Below, in pieces: positions 1-8,894 of a DNA stretch of 37,747 nucleotides. Positions within the stretch are counted from its first letter, which is position 1. Each line of letters opens with the position of its first letter. Origin of the DNA: a virus. The DNA is taken from the IMG/VR virus record IMGVR_UViG_3300025093_001713, positions 1 to 37,747 of that record; one strand, 5' to 3'. A program made the translations under genes and the position numbers. The notes under the pieces are model-generated. The model saw nothing but the letters and a program-made list of their open reading frames with translations, ran no database searches and was not told the DNA's origin.

Positions 1-1044
1 TTACTTTTTCTCGCTTGGCAGCACGAACTCCTTGAAGCTCACCACCTCGTCACCCAGCCACTCGTTCAGCTGCTCGAACCGGCGCTGCAGCGGGGCCAGT
101 TCGTTCATCGCGTAGACCTCTGCCGCCTGGGTGATGCTGCCGAAGCCGCCGGCGTTGCTGGGTACCACGCCCATGAGCTGGGGTGGTATGCGGTGGCTGG
201 CCAGCTGGTCGTCGCGGGATACGTTTTTGATGTTGAAGAACTCATCCTTGGCCTGCACCTCACTGATCGGCAGGATCTGGATCCCGTCCTTTTTGCCGTT
301 AGGTGCATACACGAACAGGTTGCGGAAGTTGCCGGGCCCCTTCGAATCCTTGAAGGCCTGCTGCAGATCCTCGATGTCGTCTTCGTTCTGGCCGGCGTCG
401 GTCATGTACATCACGAATCCGGCGTGAGAGCCGTTGTTGTAGTACTTGCGGCGGAAGAGGGTGGCGGATTCATTCAGCCAGGCGCTTTGCAGGCTGCTCA
501 AGTACTCCGGCAGACCGTAGAGCTCCTGGTTTATATCGGGCTCGAGCAGATGGAAGATCGAACCTTCCTCGAATTCGTGTTCCTGCTTCCAGCCGTGAAC
601 CATGAAGTACTGCCCCGGATCCCTGCCGCGGCGCATGTATTTGGACAGCGGCGGGGTCAGATCGATGGTGCGGCGGGTCATCGACTCTTTACGCTCGATG
701 TAGCCATTACCGAAGGTCAGGAAGTCCAGGGCCCAGCGGCCGAATGCATCCCGGGAAAGCAGCTTGTGCGGAATGAATGAGCTCATCAGCAGGTTGCGCT
801 TGAAGTACAGCGCCGAGCTGTGATGGGTACCGGCGCGGAAGGCCTTGGCCAGCCCGCCCCAACTGATCGGCGGTTCGTAATACTTGCCGTTCAGCCAGCA
901 TTCCGAGTAGTCCATGATCTCGCGGCCGTCCAGCACCGGTACCGGATCCCCGAAGCTGAACGAAATGCCCTGGGACTGATTCGCGGCGTCGGCCGGTGGC
1001 GTTCCCTGTGCCTGGGTGTGCTGCTGGACTGTGCTGTTGCTCAT
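1..1044 (-). CDS. Q: Portal protein (P2 gpQ-like)
   Basis: Complete minus-strand ORF with its stop at 1-3. The translation resembles P2 gpQ-type portals and lies downstream of, and co-oriented with, the terminase gene as in the P2 P-Q operon. I prefer the ATG at 1044, which has a GGAGAA RBS and lies 13 nt after the terminase stop. The track start at 1074 is a TTG overlapping the terminase gene. Confidence 0.9.
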   Translation of the reverse strand: MSNSTVQQHTQAQGTPPADAANQSQGISFSFGDPVPVLDGREIMDYSECWLNGKYYEPPISWGGLAKAFRAGTHHSSALYFKRNLLMSSFIPHKLLSRDAFGRWALDFLTFGNGYIERKESMTRRTIDLTPPLSKYMRRGRDPGQYFMVHGWKQEHEFEEGSIFHLLEPDINQELYGLPEYLSSLQSAWLNESATLFRRKYYNNGSHAGFVMYMTDAGQNEDDIEDLQQAFKDSKGPGNFRNLFVYAPNGKKDGIQILPISEVQAKDEFFNIKNVSRDDQLASHRIPPQLMGVVPSNAGGFGSITQAAEVYAMNELAPLQRRFEQLNEWLGDEVVSFKEFVLPSEKK

Positions 1045-1057
1045 CGTACGTTCTCCG

Positions 1058-2821
1058 TCAATCGCCCATGACAATCCGGCCAGTGTTCCGGCCGGTCTGC
1101 CCTTCGAGTGGTTCGTTGTGTATTGCGTGGAACAGCGCCCATGCCAGATCGGCGTGGCCTGTTTCGTCGTTGCGCCCTGCGGTGTAGGTGAATTGCCGGC
1201 CGCTTTGCGTGGTGGTTTTGCGGATGGCCATCAGCGCCTGGGCGATATCGGTCCAGCCGGCGTCGAATTCGAGCCGGCCTTTGTTGATCACGTCGTATGC
1301 CTTGAGCACCAGGCGCGTTTTCACCTCTGGCGAATAGCTGAAGGTGGTCACGCCCGGGAAGAACTGCTTCACCAGCTGCGCCACGCCGCTACCCATGCCG
1401 GTCATGTCGATACCGATGTACGTGACCCAATAGCGCTTGGTGACGGCGCGTATCGCCTCGGCCTGTGCGGCGAAGTCCATGCCGCGGAACTGATGGCGCT
1501 CGAGCACGCGGAATTTGCCGCCCGCTACCGCCGGCGGCGCCACCACGATCAGGCCGGCGCTGTCACCGGTTTCTGCCGGGTCGTAGCCCACCCAGACCTG
1601 TTTGTCACCGAAGGGCCTGGTGGCGAAAGGTTTGAAGTCTTCTGCCCAGGCCTCCCAACTGTCGACCATGCACGGCTGCAGCATGGCCAGCGGGAATATG
1701 CTCGCGCCGTCGTCGACGAACTGGCACATCAGCAAGTTTTCGAATGCCTCGGCGCTGTATTCGTCGCGCAGCTCCTCGACGTCGAACAGATCGCATCCGC
1801 CGGCCTCGGCATCCAGGATGGTGACGATCTGCCGCCAGATCTTGTCCTCGCACAGCCGGCCCTGTTGCAGCACCTGGTGGCTGACGTCCATCTCGATCCG
1901 GTCTTTTTTCGCCCGCCGCTTGTTGAATCGCTCGCCGGTCCAGAAGGTATACGCCTCATGGGCCATTGAGCTGGGCGTGCTGAAGTAGGTTTTGCGGTAC
2001 TGCTTCTGCATCGCCATGCCGCTGGCCACCTTGTTCAGCTCCTCGAAGCGGAACGTCCAGAAGAACTCGTCGAAGTAGAAGTTGCCGTGGTAGCCCTGGG
2101 CTGTGCGGGCGTTGGTGCCGAGGAAGTAGATGTGCGCGCCGTTGGGTAGCACGATCGGGTCACCGGTGAGCTCCAGGCCGCAGGTCTCCCGCGCAAACTG
2201 CACGATGTATTGCTTGAACAGGTGCGCCTGGCTCTTCGAAGCAGACAGGAATATCTGGTTGCGGCCGGTCTCGATCGCGTCGATCAATGCTTCCCGGGCG
2301 AAGTAGAAAGTGGCGCCAATCTGGCGTGACTTGAGGATCGCCCTGGTGCGCTGCCCCCCGGCCATGTGCCAGTCTTTCTGGTAGTCGAACAGCGAATCGC
2401 GGAACGCCTCGAGCAGCTGCTCGGCCTGTTCTTCGCTGTATTCGTTGCGGGGCTTGCGCTTGCGATCGGCGGTGTTCCGGTTCGCCAATTTAGGGTTCAG
2501 ATCGGTCTCGGTACCGCCGTCCTGGTAGCGCTGGATCCGCGCCTGGCGCTCCAGTTGCCGGTGTAGCAGATCGATCTCTTTGAAGTCGCCGCTGGTCTTG
2601 CCATCTTTCAAAATCAGCTGTACAAGTCTGGCCTCGAGGGCCCCGCCAACCCGCTCAACGGAATCGGCGCGATCCCATTCATCACGCTTTTTCCAGCTGT
2701 GTACCGTCGGCTCTTTTTCGCCTATGTATTCAGCAATTTGAGTGATGCGCCAACCCTGCCAGTAGAGGAATTTCCCCAGCCGGCGCGGGTCCATCGATGT
2801 GCTATCAAGTGGGCTATTCAT
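1058..2821 (-). CDS. P: Terminase large (ATPase) subunit (P2 gpP-like)
   Basis: 587-aa ORF, close to the size of P2 gpP. It has the N-terminal LYWQGW..ITQIAEYIG..TVHSWKKRDEWD segment typical of gpP-type terminases and is divergent from the O-N-M-L operon. An internal Met at 2794 (MDPRRL...) is an alternative start. Confidence 0.9.
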   Translation of the reverse strand: MNSPLDSTSMDPRRLGKFLYWQGWRITQIAEYIGEKEPTVHSWKKRDEWDRADSVERVGGALEARLVQLILKDGKTSGDFKEIDLLHRQLERQARIQRYQDGGTETDLNPKLANRNTADRKRKPRNEYSEEQAEQLLEAFRDSLFDYQKDWHMAGGQRTRAILKSRQIGATFYFAREALIDAIETGRNQIFLSASKSQAHLFKQYIVQFARETCGLELTGDPIVLPNGAHIYFLGTNARTAQGYHGNFYFDEFFWTFRFEELNKVASGMAMQKQYRKTYFSTPSSMAHEAYTFWTGERFNKRRAKKDRIEMDVSHQVLQQGRLCEDKIWRQIVTILDAEAGGCDLFDVEELRDEYSAEAFENLLMCQFVDDGASIFPLAMLQPCMVDSWEAWAEDFKPFATRPFGDKQVWVGYDPAETGDSAGLIVVAPPAVAGGKFRVLERHQFRGMDFAAQAEAIRAVTKRYWVTYIGIDMTGMGSGVAQLVKQFFPGVTTFSYSPEVKTRLVLKAYDVINKGRLEFDAGWTDIAQALMAIRKTTTQSGRQFTYTAGRNDETGHADLAWALFHAIHNEPLEGQTGRNTGRIVMGD

Positions 2822-2868
2822 GCCCGCAATGATCCAGCCCGCCCCAGCTCCTTACCCGCCCGTCTCCT

Positions 2869-2887
2869 TGTAGCTTTCAGCGCTACA
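2869..2887. promoter_or_regulatory. Candidate Ogr-type late-promoter activator site (TGT-N13-ACA dyad)
   Basis: TGTAGCTTTCAGCGCTACA lies in the divergent P/O intergenic region. It sits inside a perfect 7-bp inverted repeat, TTGTAGC-N7-GCTACAA. The same TGT-N13-ACA pattern recurs upstream of V and FI. Confidence 0.55.
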
Positions 2888-2972
2888 AATGCGCCTCGTT
2901 GCCGCTCACGCGCCCACTGCCGACCATGCCCACATCACAGAGCGAATCAGCCGCCGCAAACAGATCTGAGGG

Positions 2973-3845
2973 ATGAGCATGAAATTCAAGTCCAAGTTTT
3001 TCCGTGTAGCAGTGGAAGGGATGACCACCGACGGCCGCAAGATCGAGCGCCAGTGGATCGAAGAGATGGCTTCCACCTACAACCGGACCAAATACGGCGC
3101 CCGGATCTGGATGGAGCACATGCGTGGCATGTTCGCCGATGGCCCGTTCAAGGCCTACGGCGATGTTCTGGCGGTCAAGGCTGAAGAGGTCGATATTGAC
3201 GGGCAAAAGAAGCTCGCCCTGTTCGCTCAGATCGAACCGACCGACGACCTGATCCTGATGAACAAGGCCAAGCAGAAGATCTACACCAGCATCGAGGTGC
3301 GCGAGAAGTTCGCCGATTCCGGCAAAGCGTATCTGATGGGCCTGGGCGTGACTGACTCCCCGGCCAGCCTGGGCACCGAAGTGCTGGAATTTGCAGCTAA
3401 TAATCCTGAAAAGAGCCCATTCAAGGGCAAGAAGGAAAACCCCGACAACCTGTTCACCGAGGCAGTAGAGGTGGAACTCGAATTCGAGGAGGTCGACGAG
3501 ACGCCCAGCATGACGCAAAAGCTGTTCAGCACCGTCAACGACCTGCTCGGCAAGAGCAAGGATAAGAACGTCAAGGATGACTCCCAATTTGCGGACATCC
3601 GCGAGGCAGTTACCGCGCTGGCCAAGCATGGCGCAGAGCAGGCCGACAAGTTCGCCCAGCTGCAGCAAGAGCACAGCACCACCAAGGATCAGTTCAAGGC
3701 CTTCACTCAGTTGAAGAGCGACTACGACAAGCTGGCCACCGACTTTGCCGAGCTGGTCGCACGGCTCGATAAAACCCCCAGCAAACAGCATCGTCAGCGC
3801 CCCGAGGCGACGGGCGGAGATGGGCAGGTCACCACCGACTGCTAA
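2973..3845 (+). CDS. O: Capsid scaffolding protein (P2 gpO-like)
   Basis: The N-terminus KFFRVAVEGMTTDGRKI...YGARIWMEHMRG and the segment PTDDLILMNKAKQKIYTSIEV follow the P2 gpO pattern. It occupies the first position of the rightward head operon. A second ATG at 2979 has the better GAGGGA spacing. Confidence 0.9.
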   Translation: MSMKFKSKFFRVAVEGMTTDGRKIERQWIEEMASTYNRTKYGARIWMEHMRGMFADGPFKAYGDVLAVKAEEVDIDGQKKLALFAQIEPTDDLILMNKAKQKIYTSIEVREKFADSGKAYLMGLGVTDSPASLGTEVLEFAANNPEKSPFKGKKENPDNLFTEAVEVELEFEEVDETPSMTQKLFSTVNDLLGKSKDKNVKDDSQFADIREAVTALAKHGAEQADKFAQLQQEHSTTKDQFKAFTQLKSDYDKLATDFAELVARLDKTPSKQHRQRPEATGGDGQVTTDC

Positions 3846-3889
3846 CCAACAACCCCAGGTAAGGCCCTTTTAGCCACGGAGTAACAATC

Positions 3890-4906
3890 ATGCGTAACGA
3901 TACACGGCGCCTTTTCAACGCCTACTTGCAGCAACTGGCAGTGCTGAACGGGGTGGAATCAGCCGCCCAGTCATTCAACATTGAGCCGAGCGTTCAGCAG
4001 ACGCTGGAAACCCGTATCCAGGAGTCGAGTGGCTTCCTGCAGCGCATCAACATGCTTGGGGTGGGTCAGCAGTCTGGTGAAAAGGTCGGTCTCGGCATCG
4101 GCAGCCCCATTGCAGGCACCACTGACACCACACAGAACGACCGGGAGACTACTGATCCCACCGTCCTGGACGCGCATGGTTATTTCTGCACCCAGACCAA
4201 CTTTGACACGCACCTGCGCTACTCCAAGCTGGATGCATGGCGCAAGTTCCCCGACTTTCAGGCGCGGATCCGAGACGCGATTCTCAAGCGTCAGGCCCTG
4301 GACCGCATCATGATCGGCTTCAACGGTGTGCAGCGCGCCGCGAACTCGAACAAGACCACCAACCCGATGCTGCAGGACGTAAACGTCGGCTGGCTGCAGA
4401 AGTATCGCCTGCACGCTGCAGAGCGTGTACTCAGTGAAGTGGTCGATGCCAGCGGTGAGGTCACCTACGGCGCCGGCGGCGACTACGCCAACCTGGACGC
4501 GATCATCTATGACGCCGTCAACAACCTGATCGAGCCCTGGTACCAGGAAGACACCGAGCTGGTGGCCATCTGTGGCCGCAGCCTGATGCACGACAAGTAT
4601 TTCCCTCTAGTTGACTCCGACCAGGCGCCGAGCGAGCAGCTGGCCCGCGACATCATCATCAGCCAGAAGCGCATCGGTGGCCTGCCTGCCGTACGTGTGC
4701 CGTTCTTCCCGGCCAACGCCGTCATGGTCACCCGCCTGGATAACCTGTCGATCTACTGGCAGGAAGAAACCCGCCGCCGGACCATCGTCGACAACGCCAA
4801 GCGCGATCGGATCGAGAACTTCGAATCCAGCAACGAGGCTTACGTCATTGAGGACTACGCCTGCGGCGCCCTGGTCGAGAACATCACCCCTTATACCGCG
4901 CCCTGA
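3890..4906 (+). CDS. N: Major capsid protein (P2 gpN-like)
   Basis: 338-aa ORF directly after the scaffold gene, with a GGAG RBS. Its size and position match P2 gpN, and a strong terminator/attenuator follows, as expected for a highly expressed capsid gene. Confidence 0.9.
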   Translation: MRNDTRRLFNAYLQQLAVLNGVESAAQSFNIEPSVQQTLETRIQESSGFLQRINMLGVGQQSGEKVGLGIGSPIAGTTDTTQNDRETTDPTVLDAHGYFCTQTNFDTHLRYSKLDAWRKFPDFQARIRDAILKRQALDRIMIGFNGVQRAANSNKTTNPMLQDVNVGWLQKYRLHAAERVLSEVVDASGEVTYGAGGDYANLDAIIYDAVNNLIEPWYQEDTELVAICGRSLMHDKYFPLVDSDQAPSEQLARDIIISQKRIGGLPAVRVPFFPANAVMVTRLDNLSIYWQEETRRRTIVDNAKRDRIENFESSNEAYVIEDYACGALVENITPYTAP

Positions 4907-4928
4907 TTTGCCTGATGGGTAGAGCCTT

Positions 4929-4956
4929 GCTGCCGGAGCGATCCGGCAGCTTTTTT
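4929..4956 (+). terminator. Rho-independent terminator/attenuator after the capsid gene
   Basis: GCTGCCGG-agcgat-CCGGCAGC is a perfect 8-bp stem, followed by TTTTTT. Confidence 0.8.
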
Positions 4957-4975
4957 ACACCAAGGAGACCGAACA

Positions 4976-5962
4976 ATGACCCGCAAACTCACGCCAGCCG
5001 CACGGCACATGGCCAAGGTAGCCGCGACCAACGCTGCTACGATCGCCGCCGCTCAACAGGGCACCATGGCCGACGCTACCGTGTATGAACAGCACCTGGC
5101 CAAGCTGTACCAGGACCGCTCCCGCCTCAAGAACATCGCATCCACCCAGGGCAAGGTAGCGCTCAAAAAGCAGCTGCTGGATGGGTACGACGATTACGTC
5201 AAGGGCGTGCTTGAAAGCGGGGCAGGGGTGCAGGACGAGGTATTCACCACGATCATGCTCTGGGCCATCGACGCGGAAAAATACACTCAGGCCCTGCTGA
5301 TGGCTGAATACGTGCTCGAGCACGAGCTCAAGCTCGCCGATCGCTTCGAGCGTCCACCGGCCACCATGGTTGCCGAAGAGATCGCAACCTCGGCCCTGAA
5401 CAAGCTCAAGGCCGACAAGCCGTTCAACCTGGCCATCCTGGAAACCGCCGAATCGATCACCCGCAAACATGACATGCACGACCAGGCCCGCGCCAAGATT
5501 CACCTGGCGATCGGCAAGGCCCGCCTGCTTGGGTTTAACGAGGAGGAGGTCACCCCCGAGTCTTTGCCATCCCTTGCTGAAGCGCAGAAGCACATCACCC
5601 GCGCCATCGAGCTTCACGAAAACTGCGGTGGGAAGAAAGACCTTGAAAAGGTCAATCGCCTGCTGAAGAAACATGCGGATCCTGTTAACCCCGAGCCCGG
5701 TACCGGCACCACCACAGAAGGCGAAAAGCCAGCGGACCAACCAACCGCTGATGCCCCAGCCAATGAAGGTGACGCCGGCGCCGCAGATGAAAGCACCAGC
5801 CTCACGGCAGATCCAGCCGCGGCCGCTGATGCCAACATCGAGCCGGGCCAGGGCGACAGCTCAACGGAAGAAACGAAGCCGGCCATAGCGCCTGCAGTCG
5901 AATCGCCGAAAGCAGCTGCCGCCCCAGCCAAGCCCGGGAAGAACAAGAAACCCGCTAACTGA
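4976..5962 (+). CDS. M: Terminase small/endonuclease subunit (P2 gpM-like) with a long low-complexity C-terminal tail
   Basis: Position after N and before L, with an AAGGAG RBS. The first ~240 aa fit gpM size and position. The last ~90 aa are rich in P, A, E, T and G. Confidence 0.8.
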   Translation: MTRKLTPAARHMAKVAATNAATIAAAQQGTMADATVYEQHLAKLYQDRSRLKNIASTQGKVALKKQLLDGYDDYVKGVLESGAGVQDEVFTTIMLWAIDAEKYTQALLMAEYVLEHELKLADRFERPPATMVAEEIATSALNKLKADKPFNLAILETAESITRKHDMHDQARAKIHLAIGKARLLGFNEEEVTPESLPSLAEAQKHITRAIELHENCGGKKDLEKVNRLLKKHADPVNPEPGTGTTTEGEKPADQPTADAPANEGDAGAADESTSLTADPAAAADANIEPGQGDSSTEETKPAIAPAVESPKAAAAPAKPGKNKKPAN

Positions 5963-6060
5963 GCGTCCCCCGACGCCCGCCGGCGCTGGGGTCTTGACCA
6001 GGGTTACTCTCCTTTCCCCAGTCAAGACACCAGCCCACCGGCGACTTGGGAACCTGAAAC

Positions 6061-6519
6061 ATGAGCGCATTCGTAGCAAGCGGCACCACCGAAACCTTCC
6101 AACTGACCAACGACGGCTGGTTTCCTGACCTGGACGCCCACGTTGCCCGCGAGCAGCTGCGCATTCACGGCGACGTTACCGACAAACGCCTCGAAGCTGC
6201 CCTGGTCAACGGCATGCTCACCGTCAACCAGCTGCTGCGCGACTTCAAAGCGCTGCACGTGCTGCTCTATCCGTCGTTGGAAGATGTGCCCACCACAGAG
6301 ATCAACGGCCAGAGCCGCCTGCAGTACCTGTACCAGCGCGCAGTCATCTGCACCGCCGGCGCCGAGCTGGTCGAGCGGTACCGGGATTACTCCGCCAGCG
6401 CCGAGGGCGACAAGAACGCCGAGTCCAGCGCGCCCAACATCGATGACCTGCGCCGTGACGCTCGCTGGGCCATCAGTGACCTGCTCGGCAAGCGCCGCAC
6501 TCGGGTAGAGCTGATCTGA
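6061..6519 (+). CDS. L: Head completion/stabilisation protein (P2 gpL-like)
   Basis: 152-aa ORF in the gpL position. Its stop overlaps the start of the X homologue (TGATG). Confidence 0.8.
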   Translation: MSAFVASGTTETFQLTNDGWFPDLDAHVAREQLRIHGDVTDKRLEAALVNGMLTVNQLLRDFKALHVLLYPSLEDVPTTEINGQSRLQYLYQRAVICTAGAELVERYRDYSASAEGDKNAESSAPNIDDLRRDARWAISDLLGKRRTRVELI

Positions 6520-6728
6520 TGGTCACCGTGCGCGCCGTCCAGGGCGATACCGTCGACCTGATCTGCTTCCGCTACTACGGCCGCACCGCTGGCGTCACCG
6601 AGGCCGTGCTCGAGGCCAACCCCGGGCTGGCCGATCTGGGGCCTATCGTGCCGATCGATTACCCCGTAACCCTGCCCGAGATCACCGAGCAGGCCGAGCA
6701 GAAAACCGCAGTAAACCTTTGGGATTAG
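6519..6728 (+). CDS. X: Tail protein X (P2 gpX-like, LysM-like)
   Basis: 69 aa. GDTVDLICFRYYGRTAGVTEAVLEANPGLADLGPI is the characteristic gpX motif. Confidence 0.9.
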   Translation: MVTVRAVQGDTVDLICFRYYGRTAGVTEAVLEANPGLADLGPIVPIDYPVTLPEITEQAEQKTAVNLWD

Positions 6729-6736
6729 GGGGCAAG

Positions 6737-7093
6737 ATGCCAGAACCGACCAGCAGCACAGCCGTAGCCGCCACCACCGCGGCCGGCGTCACCCTCGCCG
6801 CCATGGTGCCGTTCATCGACGCCAACGCGGTGATGGGTGCAGTACTGGGCGCCGCCCTGGTGGCCTATAACAAATCCGAGCTCAAGGCATGGCAGCGCAT
6901 CGGCAGCCTGTTTTTCAGCGCCTTGGTCGGCTACCTGATGAGCTCCGAGCTGGTCACCCAGACGCCCGTCACCGAGACCGGTACCGGCGCGTTCATCGGC
7001 TCAATCATCATCGTGCCGCTGGGCATCAAGCTCATGCAGCAGATCGATAAATTCGATATCGCCAGCTTGATCAAGCGCGGCCCGGGAGGCTGA
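6737..7093 (+). CDS. Holin-like membrane protein
   Basis: ATG at 6737 with an AGGGGG RBS. The protein has about three hydrophobic helices and a charged C-terminus, in the position of P2 holin Y. Confidence 0.65.
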   Translation: MPEPTSSTAVAATTAAGVTLAAMVPFIDANAVMGAVLGAALVAYNKSELKAWQRIGSLFFSALVGYLMSSELVTQTPVTETGTGAFIGSIIIVPLGIKLMQQIDKFDIASLIKRGPGG

Positions 7094-7094
7094 C

Positions 7095-7391
7095 ATGGCA
7101 ATTGAACCTGCAACAGCACTGGAGGCCACGCTGTACCCGGCCGTCGCCACGCTCGCCTATCTGGTCTCGGCCCTGCGCCTGGTCGCCTTTGACCGCCGCG
7201 GCTATCGCTGCCGGCGTGGTATCTCACTGCTCGCCACCGTCGTGATCGGCGTGTTGCTCTGCGCCGCCATCGACCTTCTGCTCAACCCCACTGCCGTCAG
7301 CCTCTGGCAAGCCCTGCCCGCCGTGCTGCTGTGCTTCCTGGTCTACCGGGCCAACGGCAACCTGGCCGCACTGATAAGGACCAACAGATGA
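7095..7391 (+). CDS. Second small membrane protein of the lysis cassette (holin/antiholin-like)
   Basis: 98 aa with three hydrophobic segments. It starts 2 nt after the previous gene, and its stop overlaps the endolysin start (ATGA). Confidence 0.6.
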   Translation: MAIEPATALEATLYPAVATLAYLVSALRLVAFDRRGYRCRRGISLLATVVIGVLLCAAIDLLLNPTAVSLWQALPAVLLCFLVYRANGNLAALIRTNR

Positions 7392-8221
7392 ACCGCGTGA
7401 TGATCATCGGCGACAAGAACCACCAGGTGCGAGATCTGCAGGCCGCGCTCAAGCGTGCCGGCGTAGACGTATACGTCGACGGCGACTTCGGCGAGAAAAC
7501 CGAGCGCGCCGTCATGGCCTACCAGCGCAAGGTGGGGCTGGTCGTCGACGGCATCGCCGGACCCAAGACACTCGCCGCCCTGGCCGGCGCCGATTGCAGC
7601 TGTCTGCTCAAGGAATCCGACCTGATACGCGCAGCCAATCGCCTGGGCGCCGAGCTGGCGACCATCAAGGCAGTGAACGAAGTGGAATCCCGTGGCGCTG
7701 GCTTCTTCGAGCCCGGCAAGCCGGCGATTCTGTTTGAGCGCCATATTATGCACCGCCAGCTCAGCTTGTTGACCGAGCTGGACGACGAGCACCAGGTGCA
7801 AAGCCGAGTGGCTGAGCTGGTGGCCACCTTGCCCAACCTGGTCAACCCACGCCCGGGCGGCTACAGCGGTGGCATGGCAGAACACGCGCGCCTTGCCCGG
7901 GCCAAGATGATCGACGCCGGCGCTGCCATCGGCTCCTGTAGCTGGGGCCTGTTCCAGATCATGGGCTTCCACTACGCCCACCTTGGCTATGCCAGTGAGC
8001 AAGCATTCGCCGACGCAATGCAGGCCAGCGAAGCCAACCACCTGGATGCATTCGTCCGCTTTATCGAAGCCGATCCAGCGCTGCACAAGGCCCTCAAGAA
8101 TCGCCAGTGGGCCAAGTTCGCCCGCATCTACAACGGCCCGGCCTACGCCCGCAACCTGTATGACGTCAAGCTGGCCCGCGCCTACGCTCGCCACAATGAG
8201 CTCCTCGAGGAGGCAGCATGA
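7388..8221 (+). CDS. Endolysin: peptidoglycan-binding domain plus N-acetylmuramidase (DUF3380-type) domain
   Basis: The N-terminus has a PG_binding_1 pattern (DGDFGEKTERAVMAYQRKVGLVVDGIAGPKTL). The C-terminus has EVESRG...FERHIM...WGLFQIMGFHY...FARIYNGP, typical of DUF3380 muramidases. The ATG at 7388 is coupled to the upstream stop. Confidence 0.85.
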   Translation: MNRVMIIGDKNHQVRDLQAALKRAGVDVYVDGDFGEKTERAVMAYQRKVGLVVDGIAGPKTLAALAGADCSCLLKESDLIRAANRLGAELATIKAVNEVESRGAGFFEPGKPAILFERHIMHRQLSLLTELDDEHQVQSRVAELVATLPNLVNPRPGGYSGGMAEHARLARAKMIDAGAAIGSCSWGLFQIMGFHYAHLGYASEQAFADAMQASEANHLDAFVRFIEADPALHKALKNRQWAKFARIYNGPAYARNLYDVKLARAYARHNELLEEAA

Positions 8222-8430
8222 ACGTCGACCTGGACAAGATCCGTCAGATGAACATCCAGCCCAACGCCGTGCTGCTGATCCCCGGCGGCACCGACGTTGA
8301 AACCATGCAGGAGCTGTCGCAAGCCCTGCACAAGGTGCAACCCCGCGGCAATGTGCTGTTGATCAACGGCCTGGACCTGCAGCAGCTGGACGAAAAGGAC
8401 ATGAACGCCGCCGGCTGGTACCGCAAATGA
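8218..8430 (+). CDS. Hypothetical 70-aa protein within the lysis cassette
   Basis: Start and stop are translationally coupled to both neighbours (ATGA at each end). There is no TM segment and no family I recognise. Confidence 0.55.
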   Translation: MNVDLDKIRQMNIQPNAVLLIPGGTDVETMQELSQALHKVQPRGNVLLINGLDLQQLDEKDMNAAGWYRK

Positions 8431-8894
8431 GCACCCTACGCCAGATCGCCCTGGGCCTCGGCCTGATCGGCGCCATCGTCGCGCTCATCTGGCTGCAGCA
8501 GATCCGGCTCGAATCAGCCCAGGCCGACAAAATCACCGCCCAGAACCGCGCCGCCACGGCAGAGCAAAGCATCCTGGGTCACAAGGCAGTGATCGGCGAG
8601 CTCGAGCAGTCGCTCGCCGGCGAACGCGCAGCGCAAAGCAAGCTGCGAACCCAACAGGCCGGCATCAGGCAGCAGCTGGCCGCACGAGAAAAACTGATCG
8701 AGGATCTACGCTATGAAAATCAGGAACTACGGGATTGGTCTGATGTGCCTTTGCCTGCTGCTGCTCGTCGGCTGCGGCAGCGCCCCGCCATTACCGGCGC
8801 CGCTGGTTATGAAAGTTGGCTGTCCGGAGGTGGTGCCCTGCACGCTGAGCGCCACAGCGCCGACACGCAACGGGAACCTGCTGAAAGACGCTGA
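8427..8894 (+). CDS. i-spanin (Rz / P2 LysB-like)
   Basis: N-terminal TM helix (LGLGLIGAIVALIWL), then a coiled-coil, then a DWSDVPLP...RPAITGA tail typical of LysB-type proteins. Confidence 0.8.
   Translation: MSTLRQIALGLGLIGAIVALIWLQQIRLESAQADKITAQNRAATAEQSILGHKAVIGELEQSLAGERAAQSKLRTQQAGIRQQLAAREKLIEDLRYENQELRDWSDVPLPAAARRLRQRPAITGAAGYESWLSGGGALHAERHSADTQREPAERR

Noticed and set aside
1-60. cos site / left prophage end
   Set aside because: In P2-type genomes cos lies beyond the 3' end of the portal gene. The window begins exactly at the portal stop codon, so cos, attL and any old/tin-type hotspot to the left cannot be assessed here.
1016-3791. Long ORFs 1016-1969 (+), 2883-3791 (-) and similar ones (7343-8194 -, 19388-20173 -, 21264-22031 -, 22296-23065 -, 30272-30940 -)
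   Set aside because: All lie antisense to, or out of frame with, well-supported P2-type structural or early genes. They show typical GC-rich off-frame composition. A lack of stop codons is expected at this GC content.
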